Positions 7,626 through 17,082 of a stretch of DNA of 27,455 bases are shown piece by piece. Under the pieces are notes generated by a model that was not told the DNA's origin, did not search any database, and saw only the letters and a list, made by a program, of their open reading frames with translations. Source of the stretch: Planctomycetota bacterium. Its GTDB lineage: Bacteria > Planctomycetota > B15-G4 > SIAN01. Position 1 is the stretch's first letter; each line of letters begins with the position of its first letter. The position numbers were made by a program, and so were the translations under genes. Where the stretch lies: positions 1-27,455 of the forward strand of contig JANNXA010000023.1 in the NCBI GenBank assembly GCA_031409275.1. The letters are read 5' to 3'.

Positions 7626-10348
7626 GGTTGTTCTGGCCCGACTAGGGGCAACAACGGGTCGGTGGTGGAAAGCTGCGATGCTCGGCGATCCGCGGCGATC
7701 AGTATCGCTTCGAGCCAGGCCAGTGCGCCTGGGCCGAAGCGTTCGACGAGGCCGAGCGTGCGTTCGCGCCAGCTGCGCCCGGTCAGTGGTGAGAGTCCGA
7801 GATTGGCCGGCTCGAGCGAAAGCGTCAGCGCCGGAAGCGGCGCAGACGACGCCTCCATGTCGAGCGATACGGTGGGCAGCTCATCGCCTTCGCGCACGCC
7901 GCGGATCGGCAGGCCGCGGCCATCACCTCGGTCGCGGTAGTCCTGGTCCTTCGGCGCGGCATGGAGCGCAACGCGAACCTTGCCATGGTGCGAGGCGACG
8001 AGGTAGGCGAGCAGATCGAACTCGTCCGCCGAGCAGTCGAGCACGGCTTGTTCGTGGCGTGTCGGTGTTCTTGCCAACGGAACATCGGGTGCCGGACAGC
8101 CCATCAGCGCCAACGCCTCGACCCACGGCCCGAGCAGCGCCGGGTGTCGCGGCTGATTCAGCCGCAGCACCGCGAAGAGCGCCAGCGTGCTCGCGAGCTC
8201 GTGGCGCAGGCCCGGCCGCAGATCCCGATCGTCGATGGTGCGATAAGACTTGGGCGGCCGCGGCCACGCAGCGGTGGGCGCCTTCGCCAGATCCTGGCGA
8301 TCCGGCCGATCCGACGAGCGGATCGCTCCCTGGAACGCCGGGTGCGCCTTGCCGAGGTCATGCCAGCGACCGGCGAGCGTCAGCAACTCGCGCAACCTCG
8401 GCGGCAGCCCGATGGTCGTCGCGATGGCCGCCGCCGCATCCGCGACCTCCGCGCCGTGGCATGCGATCGTCTTCCACGGTGACGCGCTCAGCTCGTCGCT
8501 GTCCGGGCTCTCGCCTGCCTGGAGAGCCGCTTCCGTCATGGAAGGGAGCTCGGCCATCGGCACGACCGGAACGACATCCTGCGAGTGCGGGTCGAATCCA
8601 CGCGCGATGGCGTAGCCGCCCGCATCGTTCGCGACGCACACCACGCGGCCGGGGGTGAGGTGATGCCGCTCGGCGACAACCCAGGTGCCGTCGAGCCAAT
8701 CCCATACCCAGGCTCGGATGCCAGGACGCAGCCTGGGCTTCGGCTTGCTCTTGCTCTCCTCGCCGCAGAGCCAGTCGCGCGCACGCAGGAAGGGCACCGC
8801 GCAGAGTTCTTCGCGCCGCGGAAGCCGGCGCTGCCCGGGAACGTGTCGCACACCCTTCCGGTCCCGGGCGATCTCGAGCCAGAAGACCTGGAGGTCGCGT
8901 TCATCTCCGTTGCGGATGAAGCGGCTGATGTCGAGGTCAGCCCCCGTGAGGTCGGGGGTGGTGTCAAACAGCTCATCGAACTCGCGGCGCAGCAGCAGGT
9001 GTCGCGGCGCATAGGGATAGAGGCGTCGACGCTCGGAATCGTCGAGCCCCTCCTCGAACGCCTCGAGCGCTGCGATGCCGACGTTGCCTTGCGCCATCAG
9101 GTTCTCGACGGTGCTCCAAGCCGCTTCGAGCTCGTCCGGGCGATAGGGGAGCGCCGCTGTTTCGTCGCGGCCGCGATCGACGACCACTACATGCCCCGCG
9201 CCTCCGTAACGGGCGCATCGTCCGAAGCGTTGCACGAGGCTCGGCCACGGGGCGAGTTCGCTGACCACGCGACCGGCCGAAATATCGACGCCGGCCTCGA
9301 CCACCTGCGTGGCCACGATGATGCGGTCGACTTCCGGCTTGCACGCCGAGCGGCTGAGGAAGCGCTCGCGCCATGCGATGCGCTCTGCAGGGCGGAACCG
9401 GCTATGCACCAGCTCGATCCCGCCCGTTCGACCCCGTGCTCGCAGCGCGTCGAAAGTGCTGCAAGCCCGGGCGACGGTATTGCAGATCACCAACGTGATG
9501 CGGCCCCACTCGCCGTCGGGAGTCGCCGCATGCTCGTCGAGGATGCGCTGAGCGAAGGTGCGATGGCCTTCGTCGCCGTTGCCGGGGATGCGCGCGTGCG
9601 CCAAGGACTTCCGGATCGAGCCGACCCCTCGGTCCCGATCGGGGCGTGCGACGACGGTCGGATTGCGGCGCCACTCGTCGTGGCGTGACGCAGTGTCGAC
9701 GCTCTTCAGCCATGCGTCTTGGAGCGTTGCGCTCATCCACCAGGTGTGACGCGGTCGCATCCCTTTGGTTGCGTCCGCATCGTGGTACGCCTGCAACTGT
9801 GCGCTGGTCGCGAGGCCGACATCCATCAATTGGGCTTCGTCCATGACCCAGAGCGCGTCATGGCTGAGCAGTCCGAACTCGAGCGGCCAGCGAGCTCGAC
9901 CGCTGGCGTAGCCGCGGTTCAGTGCGCGAGAGAGCAACATGTCCTGCGTGCCGATCAGGACGGCCGGCTCCTCGGGAGACAAGCTCCATTCGCCGCCTGG
10001 ATCGGCGCCGCCCATCAACAGATGCAGACCGACCTTTCCTGCGTGCGAACCCGACCCGTTCCAGAGCGTCCCGAGCGATTCCAAAGCACGGCGCGCCACA
10101 TCTTCGGTCTGCTCTGCGAGCACGCGCATTGGCAAGCACCAGACGAGGCGCCGCGGCCATTGCTCATCGGCGCGACAAAGGCGATGCCAGCTCCAAGCGG
10201 CCAACACGCCAAGGGTTTTCCCCATGCCGGTCGGAACGCGTACGAGCCTGCTGCGTGGGGCGGCTTCACTTGCAAGCGCTTCTTGCCACGCATGCGGCGC
10301 CAATGAGTCGCCGGCGAGCTGTCTGAACCAATCGCGGTAACCGGGCAT
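7622..10348 (-). CDS. cas3: Type I-G Cas3 helicase-nuclease with C-terminal HD domain
   Basis: Walker A VPTGMGKT, IGTQDMLLSRALNRGY, DEAQ box, SAT motif, ATQVVEAGVDIS and QRFGRCAR, followed by the HD domain (TIACH..HDLGKAHPAFQ, RHELAS, SHHGKVR, AADRRAS). Start re-assigned to ATG 10348, with RBS GAAGGGGG. 908 aa. Confidence 0.95.
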   Translation of the reverse strand: MPGYRDWFRQLAGDSLAPHAWQEALASEAAPRSRLVRVPTGMGKTLGVLAAWSWHRLCRADEQWPRRLVWCLPMRVLAEQTEDVARRALESLGTLWNGSGSHAGKVGLHLLMGGADPGGEWSLSPEEPAVLIGTQDMLLSRALNRGYASGRARWPLEFGLLSHDALWVMDEAQLMDVGLATSAQLQAYHDADATKGMRPRHTWWMSATLQDAWLKSVDTASRHDEWRRNPTVVARPDRDRGVGSIRKSLAHARIPGNGDEGHRTFAQRILDEHAATPDGEWGRITLVICNTVARACSTFDALRARGRTGGIELVHSRFRPAERIAWRERFLSRSACKPEVDRIIVATQVVEAGVDISAGRVVSELAPWPSLVQRFGRCARYGGAGHVVVVDRGRDETAALPYRPDELEAAWSTVENLMAQGNVGIAALEAFEEGLDDSERRRLYPYAPRHLLLRREFDELFDTTPDLTGADLDISRFIRNGDERDLQVFWLEIARDRKGVRHVPGQRRLPRREELCAVPFLRARDWLCGEESKSKPKPRLRPGIRAWVWDWLDGTWVVAERHHLTPGRVVCVANDAGGYAIARGFDPHSQDVVPVVPMAELPSMTEAALQAGESPDSDELSASPWKTIACHGAEVADAAAAIATTIGLPPRLRELLTLAGRWHDLGKAHPAFQGAIRSSDRPDRQDLAKAPTAAWPRPPKSYRTIDDRDLRPGLRHELASTLALFAVLRLNQPRHPALLGPWVEALALMGCPAPDVPLARTPTRHEQAVLDCSADEFDLLAYLVASHHGKVRVALHAAPKDQDYRDRGDGRGLPIRGVREGDELPTVSLDMEASSAPLPALTLSLEPANLGLSPLTGRSWRERTLGLVERFGPGALAWLEAILIAADRRASQLSTTDPLLPLVGPEQP

Positions 10349-10473
10349 CGGTCCCCCTTCGCGGCCGCAGATTGGAGCGAAGGGAGCACGTATCGCGCAA
10401 GGGAGTTCTGTGAACGCCAACACGGTCGAGTTTGATTCGACGACTTGCCGAAGAACGCTTCGGGGTACTGACC
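10349..10473. promoter_or_regulatory. Divergent control region between cas3 and cas4/cas1
   Basis: 125-bp gap between head-to-head starts. It contains the inverted repeats cccttcgc/gcgaaggg (10355-10384) and ccgaag/cttcgg (10448-10463). No -35/-10 boxes could be called. Confidence 0.5.
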
Positions 10474-12195
10474 ATGAACACGAACGGCGAGTCTCCGTCC
10501 GCTGCCCAAGAACTCCTTCCCGTCCGCATGCTGAACGAGTTCGCGTACTGCCCGCGGCTCTTCCACTTCGAACGGGTGGACGGGCTGTTCGCTGACAGCG
10601 CCGACACGGTCGAGGGGCGCTCCGTCCATCGGCGGGTGGACGCCGTTGAGGACGTCCTGCCTGAGCCAGACGGGGAGGCGCAGCCCGAGGTGGCGCGCTC
10701 GGTCCAGCTCGGGAGCGAGCGCCTCGGGCTGATCGCCAAGATCGACCTCGTCGAGGTCGATGGGGACGTGGCGGTGCCGATCGACACGAAGAAGGGGCGC
10801 GTGCCCGACATCCCCGAGCAGGCCTACGAGCCGGAACGGGTCCAGGTCTGCGCGCAGGGGTTGCTGCTGCGCGAGCATGGCTACCGCTGCGACCACGGCT
10901 TCCTCTACTTCGCGGGGTCGCGGCGCCGAGTCCGCGTCGAGCTGACGCCGGAACTCGAGGCGCGGACGCGCGAGCTTGCAGCGGCGGCGCGAGCGGCCGC
11001 ATTGCTCACGGCTCCACCGCCTCCCTTGATCGACAGCCCGAAGTGCCCGCGCTGTTCGCTCGTCGGCATCTGTCTGCCGGACGAAACGAACTTTCTGCGC
11101 GAGCGCGAGTCGGTCGAGCAGCCACCGGACTCTGCTGCGACCGCGACGACATCTCGCGAGCCGCGTCGCCTCATCCCGTCGCGCGACGACGCGCAGCCCG
11201 TCTACGTGCAGGGGCAGGGCTACTCCGTCACTCGATCGGGCGACGTCCTCGTCATCACGGACAAGGGCAAGAAGCTCCGCGAAGTCCTCGTGAAGGACAT
11301 CTCGCATCTGGCGATCTTCGGCAACAACCAGGTCACGACGCAGTTGCTGCAGACGTTGTGCGGTGCCGAGGTGCCGGTGACCTGGTTCTCGCACGGAGGC
11401 TGGTTCTACGGGATGCTCCAAGGCTTCGGACTGCGCAACGCCTTCGTTCGCCGCGAGCAGTTCAGGAAGGCCGACGACCCCCTGTTCTGCGTCCAGCTCG
11501 CTCGCGAGTTCGTGGCGGGGAAGATCAGCAACTGCCGGACGCTGCTGCAGCGCAACCACTCTGCGCCGCCCGAGGACGCCTTGCGCGACCTGAAGGAAGC
11601 AGTCGCGACCGCTCGCGAGGCGACGACGCTGGAGACGCTGCTGGGGATCGAGGGCAATGCGGCGCGGATCTACTTCGGATCGTTCCAGGCGATGCTGAAG
11701 CCGAAGGGCGCCGAAGCTGCGCCGGCCTTCGACTTCAACGGCCGCAACCGCCGCCCGCCGCGCGATCCCGTCAATGCGATGCTGTCGTTCGTCTACAGCC
11801 TGCTGTCGAAGGACTTCACCATCGCCTGCATGGCGGTCGGACTCGATCCCTACCTCGGCTTCTATCACCAGCCGCGCCACGGCCGACCCGCGCTCGCGCT
11901 CGACCTGATGGAGGAGTTCCGGCCGCTCGTCGGCGACTCCGTCGTCCTCACGCTCGTCAACAACGGCGAGGTGGTCGCCGACGACTTCGTGGTGACCGAA
12001 GCTGGTTGCGCGATGACGCCGGCAGCCCGCTCGAAGTTGATCGGCGCGTATGAGCGTCGCCTCGACTCGCTCGTGACGCACCCGGTCTTCGACTATCGCG
12101 CGAGCTACCGACGCATCTTCGAGATCCAGGCGCGCCTGCTGACGCGGGTGCTTCAGGGCGAGGTGCGCTCCTACCCGTCCTTCACGACCCGGTGA
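10474..12195 (+). CDS. cas1: Cas4-Cas1 fusion
   Basis: Cas4 part: MLNEFAYCPR, KIDLVE..IDTKKG, QVCAQGLLL and KCPRCSLVGICLPDE. Cas1 part: LLGIEGNAARIYF, RRPPRDPVNAMLSFVY and LALDLMEEFRP. Likely start is ATG 10474. Confidence 0.96.
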   Translation: MNTNGESPSAAQELLPVRMLNEFAYCPRLFHFERVDGLFADSADTVEGRSVHRRVDAVEDVLPEPDGEAQPEVARSVQLGSERLGLIAKIDLVEVDGDVAVPIDTKKGRVPDIPEQAYEPERVQVCAQGLLLREHGYRCDHGFLYFAGSRRRVRVELTPELEARTRELAAAARAAALLTAPPPPLIDSPKCPRCSLVGICLPDETNFLRERESVEQPPDSAATATTSREPRRLIPSRDDAQPVYVQGQGYSVTRSGDVLVITDKGKKLREVLVKDISHLAIFGNNQVTTQLLQTLCGAEVPVTWFSHGGWFYGMLQGFGLRNAFVRREQFRKADDPLFCVQLAREFVAGKISNCRTLLQRNHSAPPEDALRDLKEAVATAREATTLETLLGIEGNAARIYFGSFQAMLKPKGAEAAPAFDFNGRNRRPPRDPVNAMLSFVYSLLSKDFTIACMAVGLDPYLGFYHQPRHGRPALALDLMEEFRPLVGDSVVLTLVNNGEVVADDFVVTEAGCAMTPAARSKLIGAYERRLDSLVTHPVFDYRASYRRIFEIQARLLTRVLQGEVRSYPSFTTR

Positions 12196-12202
12196 GGCGG
12201 CC

Positions 12203-12496
12203 ATGCACCGCCGCTACGTCGTCACCTACGACATCTGCGATCCGAAGCGGCTGCGGCGGGTCTTCCAGGTGCTGCGCGGCTTCGGCGACCACCTGCAGCT
12301 GTCGGTGTTCGAGTGCCAGCTGAACACGGTCGAGCTGATCGAGCTGAAGGACGCGCTTCGCTCGGAGATCCAGGCCCACGAGGATCAGGTCCTGTTCATC
12401 GACCTCGGCGCCGTCCATCGCGAGCAGCTAATCACGGCGGTAACCTGCCTCGGCCGTCCGTACGGTCCTCGTTCCGAAGGTCCGGTCATCGTTTGA
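12203..12496 (+). CDS. cas2: Cas2
   Basis: YVVTYDICDPKRLRRVFQVLRGFGDHLQLSVFEC. 97 aa, immediately after cas1. Confidence 0.96.
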   Translation: MHRRYVVTYDICDPKRLRRVFQVLRGFGDHLQLSVFECQLNTVELIELKDALRSEIQAHEDQVLFIDLGAVHREQLITAVTCLGRPYGPRSEGPVIV

Positions 12497-12702
12497 CCCA
12501 GGAAGGAGATGGAGCTGATGATGCACTCGCGAGAGGTGGCGTGATGGACCCTCCTCAGGGAGCGCTCGAAAGCGCAAACCATTGCTCTTTCACAACTTAC
12601 GAACTCGCACACGATCCCGGCTCGGTTGGACAGCTCGAGAACCCGTCGCGCTCGCATTCGCGCTCGCTACTCCTTGCCTCGCAGCAGGTTGTGGCGGTCG
12701 GA
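12497..12702 (+). promoter_or_regulatory. CRISPR leader
   Basis: About 205 bp of non-coding sequence between cas2 and the first repeat. The degenerate repeat is at the opposite end of the array, which fixes the orientation. Confidence 0.75.
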
Positions 12703-14545
12703 CTCTCCGCGGTCTTCGGATCGCGGCCCCGTTGAAGCAGCAGCTCCTCGTAGATCGAGGCGTCGGCGATGTTCTCTCCGCGGTCTTCGGATCGCGGCCC
12801 CGTTGAAGCAACCATGAGGGGGGTGGCGAGGCGTTCGTGGCGATCCTCTCCGCGGTCTTCGGATCGCGGCCCCGTTGAAGCGTGGCTGACGTCGCGCCCT
12901 CGATCTCCGCCTGGACCTCTCCGCGGTCTTCGGATCGCGGCCCCGTTGAAGCGGTCCAAAAACCGGCACCACCGTGATCGTCGCCTTCCTCTCCGCGGTC
13001 TTCGGATCGCGGCCCCGTTGAAGCGGCCGGCGACCCGCGGTGTCCCGTCACTGTCGGCCAGCTCTCCGCGGTCTTCGGATCGCGGCCCCGTTGAAGCGAC
13101 CCAAGCGCCGCCGAACGACCACGCCGACGAGCGCTCTCCGCGGTCTTCGGATCGCGGCCCCGTTGAAGCGGCTCGAATGGCACCAACGGCGGCGTGATCA
13201 CCGTGCTCTCCGCGGTCTTCGGATCGCGGCCCCGTTGAAGCAGTCGAATCCTCGAAGAAGCCTCGCCGGAACGCTTCCTCTCCGCGGTCTTCGGATCGCG
13301 GCCCCGTTGAAGCACGTGCGAGCGCGTGCCGACACTGGATCGCGTGGCACCTCTCCGCGGTCTTCGGATCGCGGCCCCGTTGAAGCACCGTCCCCTAGTT
13401 GGACCTGCCCCGAAGGGCGAGTCTCTCCGCGGTCTTCGGATCGCGGCCCCGTTGAAGCCATGAGGCGATGGCGAACGGCAAGTTCAACGAGGTCCTCTCC
13501 GCGGTCTTCGGATCGCGGCCCCGTTGAAGCTCGGCGGATCGGTCAGGGTGCGCCATGCAGGGCGGACTCTCCGCGGTCTTCGGATCGCGGCCCCGTTGAA
13601 GCCGTGCGGGGATGCTGCGGCCACCACCACACCAGCGAGCTCTCCGCGGTCTTCGGATCGCGGCCCCGTTGAAGCATCGCCTCCAACTCGAAGTGGGTGA
13701 TCTCGTGCTCGAACTCTCCGCGGTCTTCGGATCGCGGCCCCGTTGAAGCTAGAAGTTGTTACTTGACTACATGCTGGGCATAGCCTCTCTCCGCGGTCTT
13801 CGGATCGCGGCCCCGTTGAAGCTCTTTCAGCAGCTCATCCTGCACCCCGGGGGCAAGCAGCTCTCCGCGGTCTTCGGATCGCGGCCCCGTTGAAGCAGGA
13901 CCAGCGCCGACGAAGCGCGCGCGGTGCTGCAGCCTCTCCGCGGTCTTCGGATCGCGGCCCCGTTGAAGCTTCCTGCGTGACGAGGTGAGCCGCAACAAGG
14001 CGCTCGCTCTCCGCGGTCTTCGGATCGCGGCCCCGTTGAAGCTGGATTCGTCGCCACGCTCGTTGAGGGCGGGGAGGGCCTCTCCGCGGTCTTCGGATCG
14101 CGGCCCCGTTGAAGCCGGATGAGAGCCTTGCGCTTTGACATCGCATCTTCCTCTCCGCGGTCTTCGGATCGCGGCCCCGTTGAAGCGATGGTGGCTTCGT
14201 GCACTCTTCCATCTTGAGGCGACTCTCCGCGGTCTTCGGATCGCGGCCCCGTTGAAGCGGTCGCTGATGAGCGAAAGCGACGGCGTTGACGGTCTCTCCG
14301 CGGTCTTCGGATCGCGGCCCCGTTGAAGCACGCCGCGCTCCGCGCAGTAGCGCAGGACATCGGCCTCTCCGCGGTCTTCGGATCGCGGCCCCGTTGAAGC
14401 CGCCTGAGGTGGCGCGATGAGTACCCGAGCCGAGCAGCTCTCCGCGGTCTTCGGATCGCGGCCCCGTTGAAGCGGACCCGACGACGTTCCGCCAGCGGGC
14501 GAAGAAGTTCTCTCCGCGGTCTTCGGATCGCGGCTCGGTTGACAC
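12703..14545 (+). CRISPR. Type I-G CRISPR array: 26 repeats of 36 bp and 25 spacers of 35-38 bp
   Basis: Repeat CTCTCCGCGGTCTTCGGATCGCGGCCCCGTTGAAGC occurs as 25 identical copies, plus a degenerate terminal copy at 14510-14545 (..GGCTCGGTTGACAC). Counted by hand. Confidence 0.98.
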
Positions 14546-14607
14546 TGACCCACTCGCGCAGCAGCGCGTTAAATCGCGCGCACGTGCGCTCCGCCGCCCT
14601 CGCCCGC

Positions 14608-15798
14608 TCAGCCCCGGAAGATCGGCAGGTACTGCGCCGGCAGCCGCAGCAGCAGGCAGGCGATCGCGGTGGCGAAGGCGTCGCCGGGGCCGGTGCGATT
14701 CAGCCAGCGGCCGTCGGACTGTTGATCGGCCAGGAGCTGCTTCGAGAGCGCCTGCCAGTAGCGGCGCCAGCGCGGCCCGCCTTCGTGGAAGAAGGCCTGG
14801 GCGGCGTACCAGTTGCCGTACCAGAAATAGAAGTGGTCGTCGTAGTAGCGAGCGATGTCGTCGTAGCTGCCCGCGAGGTAGTCGAGCGCGCCACCGTACT
14901 CGCGCGCGTCGTAGAGGCCGGCCGAGTGGAGCGACGTGACGGCCGCCGCGTTGATCGCGTACGAGGTCTTCGACGACGCCCCGCGGCCGTAGATCTTGTA
15001 GTAGAAGGCGCCGTCGTAGCGGCCGCCGTCGATGCGGCTCTCGCGCACATAGTCGACCACGCGATCGATCACCGACTTCTTCACCGCGATGCCGGCGTCG
15101 CGCGCGGCGCGCAGCGACTGCACCTGGCAGACGGTCACCGACAGATCGGCCTCCAGCGTGAACGGCTGATAGCGCCACGCGCCGTGCTCGTTCTGGGCGC
15201 TCTCGGTGAAGGCGACCGCCTTCGTCAACGCGCGCTCGATCGCGTCGTGGTGGCGCTGCGTCATGCCGTAGAGCTGCGACAGGAAGAGCAGCGCGAAGCT
15301 GTGGCTGTACATCCGCGTGGTGCCATCGCAGAGGTAGCCGAAGTCATCTTGCGAGCCGATCACGTAGGAGATCAGGCGATCGAAGGTCGCCGCGTAGGGG
15401 CCGTCGTCGACCGGCTTGCCATCGGCCAACAGGGCGAGCCCCGCCAGCGCGCTGACGCCGACGTGCGCGTGGCCGTCGTCATGCTGGCGCTGCGCCGTGT
15501 CGTAGACGTCGTAGCTGTCTTCCTGCTTGTGGCCGACGTCGGCCACCCATCCGCCGCAGTGCTCCTGATGGGCGATGAGCCAGGCGAGGCCGCGTTCGAC
15601 CGCGCGATCGAGCTGCGGCAGCGACGGGTCGGCCACCATGCTCGATGGATCGCTGCTGCCGCCGTTGCTGCCGTCGTCGCTCACGCGCGGCGGGGGTGGT
15701 GGCAACGCCGGTCGCGGGGGCGCGTCTTGCAACGCGAACGCGCCGCCGCTGCACAGCAGCAGCGCCACCGCCAGCGATCGGGGGTGGGTACGGGTCAT
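14608..15798 (-). CDS. Exported prenyltransferase/squalene-oxidase-repeat (alpha/alpha toroid) protein
   Basis: Signal peptide and Pro-rich linker, then AVERGLAWLIAHQEHCGGW, MYSHSFALLFLSQ, AQNEHGAWRY, ADLSVTVCQVQSLRAARDAG and QQSDGRW (QW-type repeats). Confidence 0.85.
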   Translation of the reverse strand: MTRTHPRSLAVALLLCSGGAFALQDAPPRPALPPPPPRVSDDGSNGGSSDPSSMVADPSLPQLDRAVERGLAWLIAHQEHCGGWVADVGHKQEDSYDVYDTAQRQHDDGHAHVGVSALAGLALLADGKPVDDGPYAATFDRLISYVIGSQDDFGYLCDGTTRMYSHSFALLFLSQLYGMTQRHHDAIERALTKAVAFTESAQNEHGAWRYQPFTLEADLSVTVCQVQSLRAARDAGIAVKKSVIDRVVDYVRESRIDGGRYDGAFYYKIYGRGASSKTSYAINAAAVTSLHSAGLYDAREYGGALDYLAGSYDDIARYYDDHFYFWYGNWYAAQAFFHEGGPRWRRYWQALSKQLLADQQSDGRWLNRTGPGDAFATAIACLLLRLPAQYLPIFRG

Positions 15799-15870
15799 GG
15801 GCGCGGATGGTAGCGGTTGCGTTGGCGAGTGTCGGCGGCGCGCCGCTCACGGGCCGAGCGGCCGCCGGCG

Positions 15871-16959
15871 TCAGGGTTCATCGCGGCGAGCGAGTCGCAC
15901 TGCCACCGTTGCTGCGCCGGCGTCATCGATCGCGAATCGCAGCTGCGCCGCGCAGCGATCGAAGTCGACACGAGAGTGGATCGGAGCGGCTGGGTCGAGC
16001 AGCCCGGAATTGCTCGAGTCGCGGTCGAACGCCACGAAGTGGCACCTCTCGGAGACGGCGAAGGCGCCGTAAGGAGGCGCATGTCCGGGCGCGTCGAGCA
16101 CGATCGAGAGGGCGGCCCACTGTCCGCTCTCCGCGTCGACCAGCACCACTTCGCCGCGCCCGTCGCGGTCGAGGGCGAAGGTCGCTTCGGTGACGGCGTC
16201 GTCACCTTCAGGCAGCTCGAGCCGATTCGCCGCGTCGGCCGGTGCCGGCGGCACGCGGCACCACCGCTCGTTCCAGAGGCCGGCGGGCAGCTCCGGCAGG
16301 AATGGCAGCGCGAGACTCGGCGGGAAGAGACGCACTCCGAGCGTGAGGCCGAGCAGATGGAGCTCGACCCCCTCGCGCACTCCCAGCGCTGCGCCAGCGA
16401 CGGGAGTGTCGAGGTGGAGGCCGCTCTTCGAGGAGGTGACGCCGGCGTCGAACCATCCGGGCCAATCCTTGCCGACCGCGTTGCCATCGAAGACGAAGGC
16501 GAGGTCGGGCAGTTCGCGCGCGAGGTCGGCGACGAAGGTGTTGCTGTTGGGGCCGGGCCACTTCTGGTAGTCGGCGGCGTAGCGCGCGTCGAGTTCGTTG
16601 CAGAGCGGCTCGAGTCGCTCCGCGATGCGACGTGCCGGTTCGCCCTCGAGGGTCGCCAGCAGGCGGACCGCGCGCCGATCGAGCCAGAGGTCTTTGCGCG
16701 CCTGCGCTGCCGTGATCGGCTCGTAGACGACGCCGACGTCGAGGCCGCGCACTTCGGCGCGCCACCACTGCGCTTCATCGCCGCGTTTGACGTCGATCCA
16801 GGTGTGATGGGCGAAGAGCGTGATCCACGGCGACCACGGCGGCACGCGGGCGCTCTTGACCAAGACGATCCAGTCGGGCGCGGTGGCGACGGCCGATGGC
16901 GGAGGCGCCGCGCAGGCAGCGAGGGTGGCGCACGTAATCAACGCGAGGCGCAGGTGCAT
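15871..16959 (-). CDS. DUF3750-like lipoprotein with an extra C-terminal domain
   Basis: Lipobox LAA-C, HHTWI, YQKWPGPNSNTF, NAVGKDW and GVREGVELHLLGLTLGV. Confidence 0.75.
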   Translation of the reverse strand: MHLRLALITCATLAACAAPPPSAVATAPDWIVLVKSARVPPWSPWITLFAHHTWIDVKRGDEAQWWRAEVRGLDVGVVYEPITAAQARKDLWLDRRAVRLLATLEGEPARRIAERLEPLCNELDARYAADYQKWPGPNSNTFVADLARELPDLAFVFDGNAVGKDWPGWFDAGVTSSKSGLHLDTPVAGAALGVREGVELHLLGLTLGVRLFPPSLALPFLPELPAGLWNERWCRVPPAPADAANRLELPEGDDAVTEATFALDRDGRGEVVLVDAESGQWAALSIVLDAPGHAPPYGAFAVSERCHFVAFDRDSSNSGLLDPAAPIHSRVDFDRCAAQLRFAIDDAGAATVAVRLARRDEP

Positions 16960-17082
16960 GGGCGATCCGTCATCTGGCCGAGCCGCGTCTCACAGCGTGC
17001 ACGGTCGTGGGATTGAAGGGGCTGCAGGAGGCGGGCGCTATCGTGCCGCCGCTTCGGCCTACGGACGAGGAGCGAGCAGCGG

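Noticed and set aside
10349..11002. 218-aa N-terminal extension on Cas3, and a similar extension on Cas7 (4214-4660)
   Set aside because: Low-complexity Arg/Pro/Ala sequence that overlaps real genes. Better starts with an RBS or stop overlap exist at 10348 and 4213.
10015..12204. 729-aa antisense ORF and other long shadow ORFs (14467-15813, 17059-18609, 19107-20594, 20552-22081, 20731-23280)
   Set aside because: Antisense or off-frame artefacts of GC-rich codon bias over recognised genes, with no motifs.
12739..14509. Self-targeting spacers
   Set aside because: No spacer match was noticed elsewhere in the window by eye. This was not exhaustive and the rest of the genome was not available.
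12582..14553. Long ORFs with repeating LQRGRDPKTAE or STGPRSEDRGE peptides
   Set aside because: These are translations of the CRISPR repeats.
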